DNA of 64,000 nt from Octopus sinensis (lineage: Eukaryota). Numbering within the stretch: the stretch's first letter is position 1; the number at the start of each line of letters is the position of its first letter. Location: the NCBI RefSeq assembly GCF_006345805.1, contig NC_042997.1:143158001-143222000 (forward strand), given 5' to 3'. This document shows positions 14,237 to 30,035 of this stretch, piece after piece. A program made the translations under genes and the position numbers. The notes below the pieces were generated by a model. That model saw only the letters and a list, made by a program, of their open reading frames with translations, did no database searches and had not been told where the DNA came from.

Positions 14237-14295
<59 letters not shown>

Positions 14296-17033
14296 CATGT
14301 TTATAAGTATGTGGATATTCATGCTGAGTATTTGAAAAAAGACAAGATAGTTGGAATTTTAGGAGGGTATATTTGATTTGACACCATGTTAGTCAGGGGG
14401 ATGTGTCCACTCATGTGTGCCACAATATATGTTGATGTTTGTATAAGCTGTTGTAGGTTAGCTTGTGTGTGATTAATCAGAATGATTTTCTATATATTAC
14501 TGGGTTGTATTCACGCAAGTATATACGTCTGTTTTGTAATTTTAATGTGTATGAGCTGCATGAGAATGTGGACATGGTTATTATTCTGTTTGTAGATGAT
14601 TTCTTGTCTGAAATTTGTGTTAGCATGAGTGTCTGCATGCAAGTGTATATGCAGTGTGTGCATGCAAGTGTAGATACAGTGTGTGCATGCATGTGCATAT
14701 ACAGTGTGTGCATGCATGTGTATATACAGTTGGGTAGCGATTACAAATAATAAAAAGCATGCATTAGTTGCATGCAAATGTGATTTGAGTGGTTAATTCT
14801 GTGTGTGTGTGTATGTATAATTAGGTGTTTACATAGTATGTGAGCAATTTAGTTATTGATTTATTTGACTAATCTTTATTTTTTTTTTGTGCCTATATCA
14901 TATAAGAGTATGCAGGGTTTTTTCTTTATACTTTTTTTTCTTGCATGTAAATTATCTTTTTTCATAATAATCCAAGTGTTTATGCATGTATGTATAATCA
15001 TAGATTAATGAATTCTGTCTCAATTATGCATGTATGGAAAAGTGGATATTAAGATCAGAATGAATATCCACACACACCTAAATATCTATATACATGTTTA
15101 GATATCTAGACATACCTGTGTACATAATATGTCATACAAAGACATATGCACACACAGTGTGTGTATTAGTACACACACGTTTATGTATAACAGCATAATT
15201 TACAAGAATCAAAACATTACAAAGGCTCACTGATTAGTTTGTCAAATGTAATGCTTATTTATTCCTATTATATTGAATTAATCATGCATTGTCTCAGAGC
15301 TTTGAGGTTTTGATCATGAGGTCATTTACTTTTAGCATGACATTGTAGGGTAGGTGTAAGAGACTGTATTTGGATAGTTTGAACATAAAACAGTATATGT
15401 TGGCCAGATATAGCCAGTTTAAATGCTAGATGGTTAAAGAGTGCAAACACTTTTCTTCTGTACTATTGACATGCAGGAAAAAGGCAATCTCCTCAGTCCT
15501 TTCCATGAGATATTGACTTCTCCTCAGAGAAAAGACAATCACATACGCACACACAATATATACTTTGTGTGTGTACACACACACACACACACTTGTATAT
15601 GTGTGTCATCGTAATCTTTTAAATCTTTTAAAAAGATTTGTGCTTGCATGAATCGCATATTCCTTGAGGCACATTTTCTAAGGATAGAGGTCTTTGCCGT
15701 CACCAGCCCTTGCCTGATTCTGAGTACGGTAACATTTCCTTATGCCTGAACAGGTTTCCATGAAATAATAGAAATGAAGGACACAGCTTGTATGACAGTG
15801 ATGCGAATTTACAACTACTGTCTATTGTCAAACTACAGACATACATATAACATACGACTTCTTTCAATTCCAGTCTATCAGATCAACTACCAAGCCTTTG
15901 GACGGACCATTGATATAATACAAGATATTTACACAAGTGCCATGCAGTGGAACTGCATGATAAAAGAAACAAATGTTTGAACCACATCACAGCTACACAC
16001 ACAAAGACATATGAGTATATATATACATGTGTGTGGTTAAGAAGTAGGGTTTGTGGGTTCTGTCCCACTGCTTGGCACCTCTTGTATCTTCTAGTGGAGA
16101 CACCAAAGATGCCAAGCCAACCAAAGTCCTGTGAATATATGTGCATGTATCTTTTCCTTGTCTTGACGTGATTGCTGCAAACAACCATCAATCATACAAG
16201 CAATGTTTGTTTCCATGCTCTCATGTAAAACGTCTGACCACCTAATGTGGTAACGGGATCTTGCATGCTAACAAATGAGGGTTGGCACAGGAAGGACATC
16301 TGAGTGTAGAAAGTTTTCGATGAATTGTCTGACCCACAAACAAGGTGGTAATTAAAATGGTCATTACAAACATATACATACAAATGTATATGTACATACA
16401 TATCTATACACTTACATATTTGCATATACAAATATGCATATTATCATCATTATTTAACACCCATCTGGCATTGGTTGAATGTTTCAGTAGCATCCAATGA
16501 GCTGGAGGACTATCTTGAACTCCAATGTCTGCTTAGGCACGGTCTCTCAGGCTGGATTCACACTCTAATACTAACCACTTAAACTGTACAGAGTATAATG
16601 AAGTCACCCATTAACAGCAAGACAAAGAGAGAGTGTAGTAAAGAGGGGGGGTAGTTGTATGATAGATGTTAAGAAGCTAAAGTGTTATAGAGGGACAGCT
16701 ATCTTGCAGTAGAAGAGATACATAGCTACTCAGCATTATATAAGGACAAGTGGGAGTAGCTGGAAAAAGAGATTTAAAAAGATGGTGGTGACAATTTAGG
16801 GTATACCCAAGATATAAGGTAAGCATAAGAGAGAATATAGACCGGGGATAGGAAAGAGTGGATGGGAAAGTTGACAGCTGATCAGAGATGTGAATGTAAT
16901 GGATGGTGAATAAAGGTATAGGTGTAGTCAAAGGTGAGTATCAGTTTGGGGTGGCAGTGAAAGAAACAAGTAGCCCAAGAAAGAAAGGCAATAAGTAGCA
17001 GGACAGAAAGGATGGAGAGCAGCAGTAAATTAA

Positions 17034-17252
17034 CCCTTTCGTTACTGTATTTATTTTGAGAAGCTCTGTTTCTCTCAATTATTTTAGATATAACAAAGAA
17101 TTTTGTAAAATAACTTAGTTATCATTAAGCTAGTGTGAGGAACAGTAATTGTGACTAAGGTTTGGTGGAAGGTTTTAATTAAAAACTTATGAAAACAAGA
17201 TATTTATATTACAGAGCCAGAGCCGGTTTCAGCCAACTTGGTAACGAAAGGG
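17034..17252. mobile_element. 219-bp piggyBac-like MITE sharing TIRs with 2247-3383
   Basis: TTAA|CCCTTTCGTTAC ... GTAACGAAAGGG|TTAA. Confidence 0.85.
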
Positions 17253-17666
17253 TTAAACTAGCTAAGGATTAGCAGAAGTGGGTAGGACAACAGTGATAGA
17301 GATAGTGGTGAGAGATATGTAGGGGTAGACTTATTGAGTAGTGGGCAAAGGTATATGTGTATATACATATGTATGTGTGTGCATGTACACTCTTACACAT
17401 ATCCAGGTTTCATCCCACTGTGTGGCACCTTGAGCAACTGTTTAGTACAGACATGCACCAATCAAAACCTTGTAAGTGAATGTGGTAGAAGCAAACTGAA
17501 AGAAGCATGTTGTATGTGTAAAGGGGATCATTTTGACATCTTTCTTTCCCAATTGCATGGGCAGGACAGTTCAACAGGATCTGATGAGCCATAAGACTAC
17601 ATGATGTCCTAATTTCTGAACTGACATAATTTCTATAGCTGGCTGTACTAACACCAGGCACTTTAA

Positions 17667-17872
17667 CCATTTAGCATTCAGATTATTCTGTCAAGCGCAA
17701 TCTTCATTTACATTGTTTTTAATTAATCATGCATTATCTTGAAGCTTTGAGATTTCGGTGATGTGTTCATTTTTAGAATGACCATGTAGAGATGTTAGAG
17801 ACCAAAATCTGGCCAATCTGAACAGAAAACAAAATATTTGGGTCTGACATGGCTGGTTTAAATACTAAAGGG
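17667..17872. mobile_element. TTAA-targeting MITE (CCCTTTAGCATT-type TIR); other copies at ~15230-15437 and ~31200-31340 (reverse)
   Basis: TTAA|CCATTTAGCATT ... AATACTAAAGGG|TTAA. The internal motif aattaatcatgcatt recurs in the other copies. Confidence 0.7.
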
Positions 17873-19688
17873 TTAAGGAGTATTGGGTGCTTTTCTTGTG
17901 GCACCAGTGTTAGGTCACCAAGCAACTTACCCACCTCAAGTGAGTGGATGGTGCAGTAGAGAGGAAGTAGTTCTGTCATGTAAGAAACTAAATTACAGTG
18001 GGACAGCAGCATGTCGTTATGTAGAAAAGATACATGGTTACCTCAGCTGAAAGGAAAGAAAAAGATGGGGGTGACGGGGTGAGTGCACATATGGCTAAGT
18101 TAGCATGTGTACAAAAGGAAAGTTGGAATAGAAGTAACACAGTCAATAGTTAAACAGGAGTAGATGCATGATCAAAGATGTATATGAGTGAGAGGAAAGT
18201 GAAAAAAATGAAAGGGAGAGAGAGGAGGTGGCAGTACAAAAACACAAAAGGTGTAAGGGGAGAGAGAGATGGTAACAAATATGATGGTCAGAGGAACATA
18301 GAAGTGGATATAGTAACAAGGGGGAGGGGCATCAACTGCATATATGAGTGCTGAGAATGATAGATATTAGACAGTGAAGAGATGTTAAGCACAAGGTATG
18401 GCAGGCATAATCCCAAGTTGAGAGGAAAGGGAGTGTCCAGTGGCAGATAAACAGGAAAGGTATGATATTGAGAATGTGGGATGGGTAACAAGGGAAAGTG
18501 GTTCCAAGGAGAGGGATAACTGGTAGCACAAAACAGGATGACATATGTGCAGTACTGCTGTCATATAATTACAGAAGTAAAGTGAATACTGCCATAATTA
18601 AAAGAGTGATGGGGAGATACATGTTATAAAGACGAGGCATGGGGAAGGCCTGACAGACTGGATGCAGGAGCATGCTTTTAAGATCTCATTTTTGCATTCA
18701 TTGATTGGCCTCCTAACGCACAAAGAATTGCTAATCAATTCTGGGTCTTTATCATGTCCATGAGGCTCAACATTCAGTACTTTGTCCCACACCAAATTCT
18801 GCTATAGGTTCATCTACATTTAATGATCAGCACTTCTTTATGAAGCTGTCCTCATCCATACACATCATATAACCATCACTGCACAGTCTTCACTCTTGCA
18901 CACATCCCATGCCTTGTACTCAATTTTTCTCAACACATTTGCACCTTGTAGTACATGCACACTGACACTGCACATCCAGCAGAACATGCTAACTTCATTT
19001 CTTTTTAGTCTTCATGTATCCTCTGCATCTATGGCCCATGTAAATATTACCTTGTTTGTAAACAAGTTGGTGATGGGTAGGGCATACTGTTAAAAATCTG
19101 CCTCGACTTCCCTTTGGCCTATACAAGCAAATATATATACATATGCATGTATCTATATGAGTGTTTGTGTGTGTATGTTGTCCCTTTTTGTATCACCTAG
19201 TTGTCCCATTTTGTATTTTATTTTATATATATATAGCGCCATCCGATCATAGTCGATGCCAGCCCCCTCTGGCCCTTGTGTCGATGGCATGTAAAAAAGT
19301 ACCCACTACACTGAGTGGTTAGCATTAGGAAGGGCATCCAGCTATAAAAACGTTGCCATATCAGACTGGAGCCTGGTGCAGCCTCCTGCTTCCCAGACAC
19401 CAGTCAAACTGTCCAACCCATGTCAGCATGGAAAACGGACGTTAAAAGAGATGCAGACATGGTTGTATAGTGAATTTCATTTCTCAAATTGAATTTGGGT
19501 TGGGTTGCATTCTACAGGACTTTGAGCGAGTGTCTTCTATTGTAGCACTGAGCTGTGAATGTGTATACACTCAAACACTGCCAGATCAGACTGGGCCTGG
19601 CGCAGCCTTCTGGCTTCCCAGACCTCAGTTGAACCGTCCAACCCATGCTAGCATGGAAAACGGACATTAAACGATGATGATGATGATG

Positions 19689-19754
<66 letters not shown>

Positions 19755-20746
19755 TGCTAATGTCCTCTTTTCTATGTATGCATGGATCAAACAATTCTGA
19801 CAGATTTATTTTGTGCTTGGATGCTCTTTCGGTTGCAAATAGTCAGCTGATTCCATCATCATCATATAATGTCCCTTTTTCATAATGTTATGGGTTGGAT
19901 GATTTGACAAGAACAGACAAGCCAGAGGACTCCACTAGGTTCTGGGTAATATTAACTGATAGACAAACATGCCTGCAAGGAAGATTGGAAACATTTGCAT
20001 GATGATGATGCTTGCTTATAACCATCACGTGATGTCAAGACAATGACACACAAACATGCATTACTGGTTTCTTTTTGTTTTCTTCTATCAAATCCATTCA
20101 CAGAATTTGGTTGGCCTAGAGTTATAGATAGATACCTGTCAATCAAGCTATACAGTGCAACATAATAAAAAAAAAATCAGGTGATTTGGAATCAAATTTA
20201 TTTCCAGATTTAGTCCCACTGCATAACACCTTGGTGGAGCGTCTTCTACTATAACCTCAGGCTAACCAAAGTCTTGTGAGTGAATTTAGTAGACAGAAAC
20301 TGAAAAATGCCCACTGTATACATATAGCTGTGTTTGTGTCTGTCTCATGTTGGTGTGTATACATCCCCATTACTTAGCAGTTTGGCAAACAAGACCAATA
20401 GAATAAGTACCAAGCTTAAAAAAAAGGACTGGGGTCGACTCATTCAACTAACGTTCAAGATGGTGTCCAAGCATGGCCAGTCTAATGGCAAACATTTGTG
20501 TATGTGTGCATATATAAATGCATAAGTGTGTACTTGTATTCCCGTTTTGACAGTTGATAGTTGTAAACAAGTATCACTATCATACAAGTAGTATCATTCA
20601 TTACCAGTCTTCTTTGAAAGCGATGTCCCATGATTGGTAAATATCTTGCTTAAAAGCAGGTATGGGCTGGTGACAGGAAGTCATAGAAAATTACCCTCAA
20701 TGAATACTGTTTGACTCCATGAAGGTGTAGAGAAGTTGACATTATA

Positions 20747-21952
20747 CAGGGTGTGATAAGTAAATTATCATTTTATATTTTTAATTTTGCGCATTGCTTT
20801 TGATTTTATTGATTACACAGTATAGTAGGGTCAGTTGGGCACAGTCTGTAAGAAAAACAGCACCATGATGCAATCCACTCTACCAGAAATTTGGAAGCAA
20901 CGTGCTGTACTGCTCGGCATTCATGCCAGAAGCTCCAATGCAAACATTTCAGAGTATTTGGATGTCAATCTGAGAACAGTGCAGAGGATTCAGAAAGAGT
21001 AGGATGAGTTTAATGGTGATTACGAAGGTACAGCAACTCAGAAAACTCGCTCTGATCATTCTGATAAAAGAACTGAATTTGTTGGTGGGATCCAAGCCAT
21101 GATTGACAACAATCCCTCCAAGTTAATCAAGTCCATTGCCAGGGACATGGAAGTGACAGATTTTATCAGGCAGGTAGTGCATGAAGACATCTGGTATTCC
21201 TCATACAAAATGAGAAAGGGCCAATTTTTATCCAAAGCCATCAAGGACAAGAGGAAAGACCATGCTACAAAGCTTTTGGACAAATTCAAGCATCCCCTCC
21301 AACTGAACATGCTTTGGTTTTTCTCAGACAAAAAAATTCTGCCAGAGGATCAGATGGTGAACACAACTGTTGGCTTGCTGTGTCCCAAAAACATGTAACA
21401 AGAATGACGAAAAAAATCAAACATCCAGTTAACATCATGTTTGGAATGATCACTAGTGATGGCGATGTTATGCATTCATTCATCTTCCCATATGGCCTCA
21501 GACATGGAGGCCTACATCAATTGCCTGGAGGTAGTGCTACCCTGGGTCAAGAAGGTGGCTGTTGGACTCTGCATCCATGCCGCACAAGCAGGAGAACCCA
21601 GTCATGGCTGTCAGACAATTTCTTGCACCACATCACTCCTAACATCTGGCCTAACTCCCCAGACTGCAACCCCCTTGATTATGTGTGGGGCACAGTTGAG
21701 CGAGAGACCAACAAAACTCTTTGTAACACCAAGGGATTATGGCAGCAATCACCAACTTAAAAGAGACTGTCCAGAAGAATTGCAAGAGATTCCGAAGTCA
21801 TCTGGAGGCCGTGGTTTGAAGCCAATGATGGTTTTACTGAATAAATTTACTCTAGTATTTCAAGATATTTATGTAATTTTGGTAAAAATAACTTAAAACT
21901 ATGTCACTGTTATTTCCATTTTTGCGTAATTGAGACAATTTTATTCACCGCA
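20747..21952 (+). mobile_element. Decayed Tc1/mariner-superfamily transposon with frameshifted DDD transposase (maT/DD37D-like)
   Basis: TA|CAGGGTGTGATAAGTAAATT left TIR and a degenerate right TIR ending caccgcac. ORF pieces 21099-21760 include WFFSD and WPNSPDCNPLDYVWG, with third catalytic D. Contains stops and frameshifts. Confidence 0.85.
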
Positions 21953-24159
21953 CACATACACACACAAATACACACCAATATGAATGTTATGCAAGATACA
22001 GATTGTCATTTTTTTAACATGCTCCCATCAACAAATTGTGTGGTAGCTCTGTGCTTTTGAAGTAGACTGGAAATCCCTTTTCTTGGGTGGGGGGAAAACA
22101 GCTAAGTGTTAGTAACAGAAAACCAGATATAAAATTGATACTGCTAATATACCTCAGGAAAACAACAAATATATACATACATCCATGTAATGTATGTTAG
22201 ATATGTTTGTGTGTATACAAACACACGCACACATGTATGAATGTCATCATCATCATTTAATGTCTGTTGTCCATGTATGGATTGGACACTGACCAGGGCC
22301 GGTATGTTGAGGGGTTGCACCAGACACCAGTCTGATTTGGCATAGTTTCTATGGCTGGATGTTTTTATGTGCCACCAACACAGGTGCCTGACACCAGTAT
22401 CTCCCACAATTACGATTTCACTTGGCTTCATGGGTCTTCTCAAGTACAGCATATTGCTAAAGGTCTCAGTAATTTGTCACTGCCTCCATGAGGCCCAATG
22501 CTCGAAATGTGCTTTTTATGCACCACCAGCATGAGCACCAGTTATGTGACACTGGCATCAGCCACATTGCCTCCATATATATACATGTTCATGTGCTTAT
22601 TTGTTAGATGACCATCATAAATGTGCTACCATGGATTGGACAGGGGAGTTGCTGGAGCTAGAATTTTACAACTGAATGCTTTTCTTGTTGCCAAACCTTA
22701 CCTATGTTTCAAATAAGAAAATTTTTAATCTCCAAGATGAAGGTATATATCATGCAGCCAGCTTTGAACAAATTTTGATATTTCAAGCAAGATGATATTC
22801 TTTGTCAAAATTGACTGGTGTGATTCATGTATATAGCTATCTTCTTGCAGTCTTTCTACCTAATTCACACAATCCATTAGTGGGCCTGGAAAAATCTATC
22901 CAAGATAATGCACAGCGGGACAAAACTTGGAACTGTACAGATTTGCAACAAATATCTAAAACAGCCATGTTTGTGCCCACATTATAGGTGTACATACATA
23001 CATATATACACACAGACACATGTATATTTGACATCTGTATTCCATGCCGGCATGGGTTGGATAGTTTGACAAGATCCAGCAAGTGGCAGGACTGCACTTA
23101 ATTCCACTTCTATGCCAACCACATTTTAGTGTGTACAAGGTACCTTTCTCCTACTACTGGCACTATTCAGGTCACCAAGTCAAGAGAAAGGCCTGTACAA
23201 CTGAGGGAGTGGGAGGACATGTATTTGAGACGAGGGAGGCAGGCTTTATGCCAGATGCTGAGAAGTTAAAGTATGACATCTGGACTTGCACAGTGTCATG
23301 CTATACAGAAGATACAAAGCTCCCACACATTATACAAGGGTGGCAGTAGCCAGAAAGACAGATGAAGATAAGCTGCCAGAGCAAACTCTCAAAAGACAAG
23401 GCGAAAAGAGACAGGTGGTTAGAGACCATTCTAGAAACGAGTGTAGTGAGTCATGAATAAGGGTGGGGTATGTTGATGGGAAATATCAGTATAGAGAGAC
23501 TGTAAAGTGAAATAGATAGAAATAACTCAGAAAGGAAGATTAGAAAGTAGCGAGGGAGAAAGGATTTGAAATATATAAGACTGGCTATAGCAAGTGGGGA
23601 AAGAATTGAGGGAGAGGTACACCAATGAGGTAAGTGTGAGACTGATATCTAATTGTCAATTATATGCATTTGTCCACATATGTACATACATAAGGTACAG
23701 GTGTCTGTGGCCAAGAAGTTTGCTTCCTAACCTCATGCTTTCAGGTTCGGTCCCACTGTGACACCATGGGCAAATGTTTTTTACTATAGCCCTGAACTGA
23801 CCAAAGCCTTGAGTGGATTTGATAGAAGAAAAATGAAGCTCATCATGTGTGTATGGGTGTGCTTATGTCTGTGTCTTGTCTTGACATGCCTGGCCATGAG
23901 ATACTGACTTATTTGCGAAACAGGTGAGAGTTATCAACAGGAAGGGTATCCAATTATAGAAAATATGTTTCAATAAACCCTGTTTAACCCATGCAATCAT
24001 GACAAAGTGGACGTTAAATTGATGACATCCTCTCACCTATTGAACAGTGAGCAGCACCAACATGGTAAAGCGGCTGTCCAGATGCAACTACATCTGGGCT
24101 ATTATTTTTATAAACTAGAAGCAGGGGAGGGTTAGCAATAGGAAAGGAAACAAGCTAAC

Positions 24160-27100
24160 CATTAGTGTAATTAATTAGCTTGTCAAGCACCAGCCCTCTT
24201 TGTAACTCAATACTAACATTGCCATTTACCTCATACTAAACATTCTCCACACCTGTTGCAAGAGAGCTTCAAGATGAGGACTACCAGTTAAACTTGCACT
24301 TCACCCAACAAAGAGGTAACCCTATAGCCATAGTGAAAGTAGCCTGTGTAGTTTGTTAGGCAATCCATACAAGATCAATAGTTTTCAAACTGGGAATTGC
24401 TCTAACTAGAGAAATGAGGACCCCAATAATACTTCCATGAGACAACAAATACAGGAAGCAATGTAGTGACATGAAATGCATGTATAAAGTAGAGATGATA
24501 GGATAGGCCAATAAATTCACGCCAAAATCATAACTACATCTGGACTGTTTGTTGTTTTGAAAGACTAGAAACAGGGAGGGCATCCAACCACAAAAAAAAT
24601 CTGCCCCGAATTCCAACTAATCCACGCAAGTATGGAAAGGATGATGGATGATACACATACACAAATTATGGGTGTGTGGTTAATAAGTTTACTTCCCAAT
24701 TACAAGCTTGCTTGTTCCATCTCAATGTATAACATCTTGGACAGGTGTCTTCTACAAATTCCTTTCAAGCATAGAAAAGTGGACACAAAAACAATATGTA
24801 AGCATGCGTGTGTGCACAAACACCAACCATCTAAATTGGAAGGCATTTTAACAAGCTAAAATTATATATATTAATCTACATAATACCAAAGCTTGATATA
24901 TATATATTTATATGCACACACACATTCACACATTTATTCACACACGCATGTATATACATGGGCATACATATGCACAAATATATATGCGTGTGTGCACACA
25001 CACACAAACATCCAATCATTTATAAATATACATATCTTTTATCTTTTACTTGTTTCAGTCATTAGACTGTGACCATGCAAAGGCACTGTCATGAAATTTT
25101 GAATCAATCAATCCCAGTACTTTTTATTTTAAAGCCTTGTACCTAATCCTGTCCGTCGTTTTCGTCAAACCACTCAGTGACAAGGACTTAAAAATGCCAA
25201 CACTGGTTGTACAGTGGTGGAATGGGACAAAGACATATATCATCATAATTAACATCTGCCTTCCATGCATGCATAAGTAGGATGGTTCACAGGAGCCAGC
25301 CAGGTAGAACACAACCCCAGGCTACTGTATCTCTTTTGGCAGGGTCTTTACAGCTGGATGTCCTAACACTGACCATTCCGCAGAGTGGACTCAGTGTTTT
25401 TTTACGTGGCACTAGCACAAACAAGGTCGGTTTTGGCTGGATACCCTCCCAAATGCCAACCACTTTAGATCAAAGCATTGATGTGATTGTAGATTAAAGA
25501 AGATAGATAAACGGTCACACTTGCTATGGTATGCCCTCAAAATATGAAGGTCATAATATATGCAGTCAGGTATTGCCAAGGTGTGAGTAAGGAGTGGGAA
25601 TTGCAGTGACTGGCAAAAACCTAGGTATAAAGATGGGGTGGGGAGAAAGCAGCAATAGTGAGCAGGGCAGAGGGAGACAAATATAGATAAGATGAGCTTC
25701 TTCCAGTTTCTGCCTATCAAATCCACTTTCAACACTTTGGTCAGCTCAAGGCTATAGTTGAAGACATTTACCAGAACCATGTGGTTGGAAAGCAAGCATC
25801 TTACCACACCGTGGCAACTGTGTATGGGTGTATATTCAAATACAGTTATATATCTAGAGCTATGAGGTCCTTAAAATCCTACTTAACACTTTTAGTACTG
25901 TTACCATGAGAGAATGTGTCCCATACACTCTAGAGAGCGAGATATAGGAAAGGCATCCAGGTGTAGAAACAAAACCGAAATGATACGAGTGCCAGTCTAA
26001 GGGGAGTAAAGGCACCGAAAAAAAGACATGCTGTGATAACCATATAAGTACAGAAAATGGACATAAAATATTTATGTAATATTCATACATGCATGATCAT
26101 ATGTGTGTGTGTATATATATACATAGATGTTTTAAGCTGCATAGTAATATACACAACCAACCATAGCCCTCTCTCACAAGCACGTAGCATGAACCATGCG
26201 TATGTTAACTGCTTTAGCTGTCTGTCTAGTCACAAGCAGACATCCTATCAGCCCTGCCTCTACTTAACTAAGTGGAACATCTAGGTGAAGGCTTCTGACT
26301 GGTTACTACATTCTGTATAGCCAGGTAGTCACTGCTGAGAAAATTAGTCATAAATGGTTTCTCAGAGCCAAGCATGGTAGTGAAGTGATGCTGTAAGCAA
26401 CAAATTTAATGACAAATTCAACATGGAGGTAGGTGTCCATCAGGATTCAGTTGTTAGATCTCTCCTGCTGATAACAATTCTTCAGGCCAGAAGCTGACCA
26501 CCACAGGTCCATTGAGCTCCAGTATCCTGATGACATAAGTTCAATCACTGAATTTGAAATGATATTCAAAATGTGGAGGCAAAAGCCTCATAGAAAACCT
26601 TAACAAAAGCGAAAATATTGGTAAGATAAACAAGATTAAGACTACTTTCCAGCATACTCAAGTGCTCATTCTGAGTATACATAAAAGCATGAACTTTATA
26701 TCAAATGTAAATTATGAAATTTTAGTTTACAGGAGAAATTTAGCCTTCATAAAACTGATAAAAATCGAAGAGAACTATCAAACTCATTTTTGAAGATTGT
26801 AGATGGACTGACAGATATCCTATCCCAATTAGTTCATTAGTGTAATTAATTAGCTTGGTAAACACCTGTCCTCTTACTCTGTAACTCAAAATTAATGTCT
26901 CTTTCTGCCTTGTACCATGGGATCAGCATCATACTAAGCACTCTCCACACCTGCTGCAAGAGAGTTTCAAGATATGAGGGCTACCTGATAAACCTGTGCC
27001 TCACCCAACAGAAGGGTGACCCTGAGGCCATAGTGAAAGTAGCTTGTTTAGTTGGGCAATCCAAACAAGCCCAATAGTTTACTAACTGGGAATTGCTGTA

Positions 27101-27245
27101 ACTAGAGAGATGAGGAATCCACAAACCTTTCCAAGAGATAACAAATGCAGAGAAATATAAGGACTGTCTTTTTAGTGACATGAAATGCATCAATCTAAAG
27201 TGATGATAGAACATACCTATAAATCCATGTCGAAATCACAAGTCA
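24160..27245. repeat. Two diverged direct copies of a ~390-bp repeat (~24160-24540 and ~26836-27245)
   Basis: Both start cattagtgtaattaattagcttg and share ctccacacctg, gccatagtgaaagtagc and gtgacatgaaatgcat. Confidence 0.75.
26340..26620 (+). mobile_element. Degraded RTE-type LINE reverse transcriptase fragment
   Basis: ttcaacatggaggtaggtgtccatcaggattcagttgtt translates FNMEVGVHQDSV, the GVHQGS motif of non-LTR RT. Further LINE-like decay at ~28050-28620. Confidence 0.5.
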
Positions 27246-30035
27246 CAAATATAATGAAACAATTCTAATTGCATTAAAAGGGCTGATGCAAAAGTTAGTG
27301 TTGCACATGGTAACAGTAGAAACACCAGGCTATGTGTGAAAATACCGTGACAGTACACAAACAATTGTATCAACTCTTTTCTTTTACGAGTAGGAAACAG
27401 ACATCAACCTACATGCTTCTGAAAAATCCCTTCCCTTCAAGTCTGAAATTTCAAGGTTACCAGCAACAATGGTGGTATGATGATAGGTAGATATGGACAG
27501 TGAAGAAAAGATATAATTGTGTTGATATTTGTGTGCTGTGTACACAACTGAAGAGATGCTTGGCCAGATTCCTCATAGGCAAGCCACCTGATCATGTAAT
27601 CAAGTGAAGTCTGAAGACAAATTTCCTTGATATTCATAAGGAAACAAGGACCGATGATAAGTATTGCACATAGTAACAGTAGAACTAACTGGCCATGTAT
27701 GAGAATACCTCAACAGTCAGCAAACATCCTTTGTGAAGGATGTACTAGTTAACATTACTAGCATAACCTCAGAGCTAAACAGACCTAGAAAATCAAGACA
27801 ATCTGAAAGAGGAAGGTGTATAAGCTAAAGAAATCTTTCATAGATGGACATCTGGTATACATAGCACATAGCGAAGTTAAAAGAGAAAAATTTACCAATG
27901 CTCTGCAACAAAGTGTCCCCGACTACAAAGCAGTGTGTTAGTGTGTGTCAAGAAATTGTGGAGAATTGTATGAAATGATTAATGTGGCACTTACCCTCGT
28001 GTTAAGGGACTTGGAAATATTTTAAGAGGGTGCTGAACAAGAATGCATGGAAGGGAGATGGACTATACATGTAGATTCAAGCGAGATACCAGTTAATGAA
28101 GCTGACAGCTATTTAGTTGAATGTATTAAAGAAATGATGGCAAGGAAAGCAGCTGGACCATCAGAAATATTAGTCACAATTATCTTGCCAAATAAGATGT
28201 GCTAATCAGTCACATAGTGAATCAAGTAGTGGTGAGGTATCATACCAAATGACTGGCATAGATTACAAACTGCTAGATACTCTACAAGAAACAGGTTGAT
28301 GAGCCAAAAAGTTGATGGACCAAATTATTAAAGCAACAGAAGGATTTATAAACATGATTGATTAGAAAGAGAGAGTAGATGAGAAACAGTTCAAGAGACA
28401 AAAGATCAGGGAGCTTTGCTCGCAACAAAAGAAAACTGTAAATATGGACAGGGAGGATGACAATTGGTTAAGTGTTCCAAAATGAAAGGAACCAACCCAC
28501 CCAAACGGAAAACCAAAGTAGATATGGTTAAAGATAATCTCCAGAAACTTAACCCTACAGGGGTAATGACAACAGACCTAACAAGTAGCGAGATGCTGTA
28601 TGGAGAAAAGACTACCCAACAAGTGTGACCATTGTGGGAGAGTATTTAAAACAGTTAATGTGGTAGCCATTACAGATACTATAATAATAGTTGGCATATG
28701 TAACAACATGATTAACTTTCCACATCCTAGAAAGCCTTCAAATGTATTTTTTAACAAGAAGCCCAACCATGGACAATCAGACTGCTGTAAGAAAATTATA
28801 AATTAAAATAACTTTATTTTTCTTTTTGCGTACACTACACTTCCATATAATACTCTTTATTCCATGCTAACAAGAAAGTGAAAGCCCACATATCCAGATA
28901 GAGACTAATTGTGAAGATCTGTTGAAGTTCAATTAGTGTTAAACTTCTTTTCAACCATGTAAATCATGTCTGACTGTTACTTTTGAGTTATTCAGCTTAT
29001 CAAATGTGATATGCATGAAGCTTGTTGAATTAATTCACATATGAATAGCTAATACGAGAAAGGACAACCCAACAGACAATTCATGAAAATACAAAGCCTA
29101 AAAAACAAAGAAAACTCCATTATATTACCAGGCATTGTGGTAATACTTTAGACCCATTTATAACATTTCACATGTAATAAAAAGTTGGGTTATTTATAAT
29201 AAAAAATATTACGCATGCTGTATAATAGATGTATAGTTAAGAAGCTCACTTCACAACCATACAAATAGATTCAATCCCATAGCAAGGCACTTTGAGCAAG
29301 TGTCTTCCACCACAGATTTGGTTCAACTAAAGCTTTGCAACAGGAATTTGGTACACATAATCTGTGTGGAAATGTGTTCTGGTAACCATTTATATTCTTG
29401 GGTAGTAGACTTAATATGTCATCAATCTAATATCCCCATTTGGTACTGGGGTGCCTTCAGCAAGGTTCATCACTCTCATAAGCATTTGGGCTAGGTCTCA
29501 AATCAAAGACTGAAAGTACTTTGAGGGAGCTGTCCTTCCTTTATATGCAATATATAATATACACCTATGAAATGTTAAACATTGACATTTACAACTCATT
29601 CATAAATGAATCCTGTTAATTCTCTCCTGAAACCCTCTTAATTACAGCTGAAACTTGTTGACACCAAGTATTAATTGTATCCATCAGTTATAACATTTTG
29701 ACATCAGAAAGACGGATTATTTTGGTGTTTTCAGTTAACCAGTAGGTTAAACAATAGCATATTTGAAATTGACAAATAATTTTATTTGAATCCACTGTAC
29801 ATTAAAAATTTAATATTTTCAATACAGAAAACTCAGATGACCCTCAATTTTCCCAAGCAATTTTGACAGTCTTCCATGTCAATAGAAACAAGTATCAGTC
29901 ACGGAAGGCTGGATTAAACTATAATCAATGTAGTCATGCTAGAATACCACCCTTGAAGGTGGTCCACTAGCATGACTACAGTTCAATAATGAAAACCAAT
30001 AAAGGAGTACATGAATTGAAAGAATTTCAACTTAC

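Noticed and set aside
28600-28806. ORF with NKCDHCGRVF resembling a C2H2 zinc finger
   Set aside because: No His pair at the correct spacing; lies in a decayed LINE 3' region.
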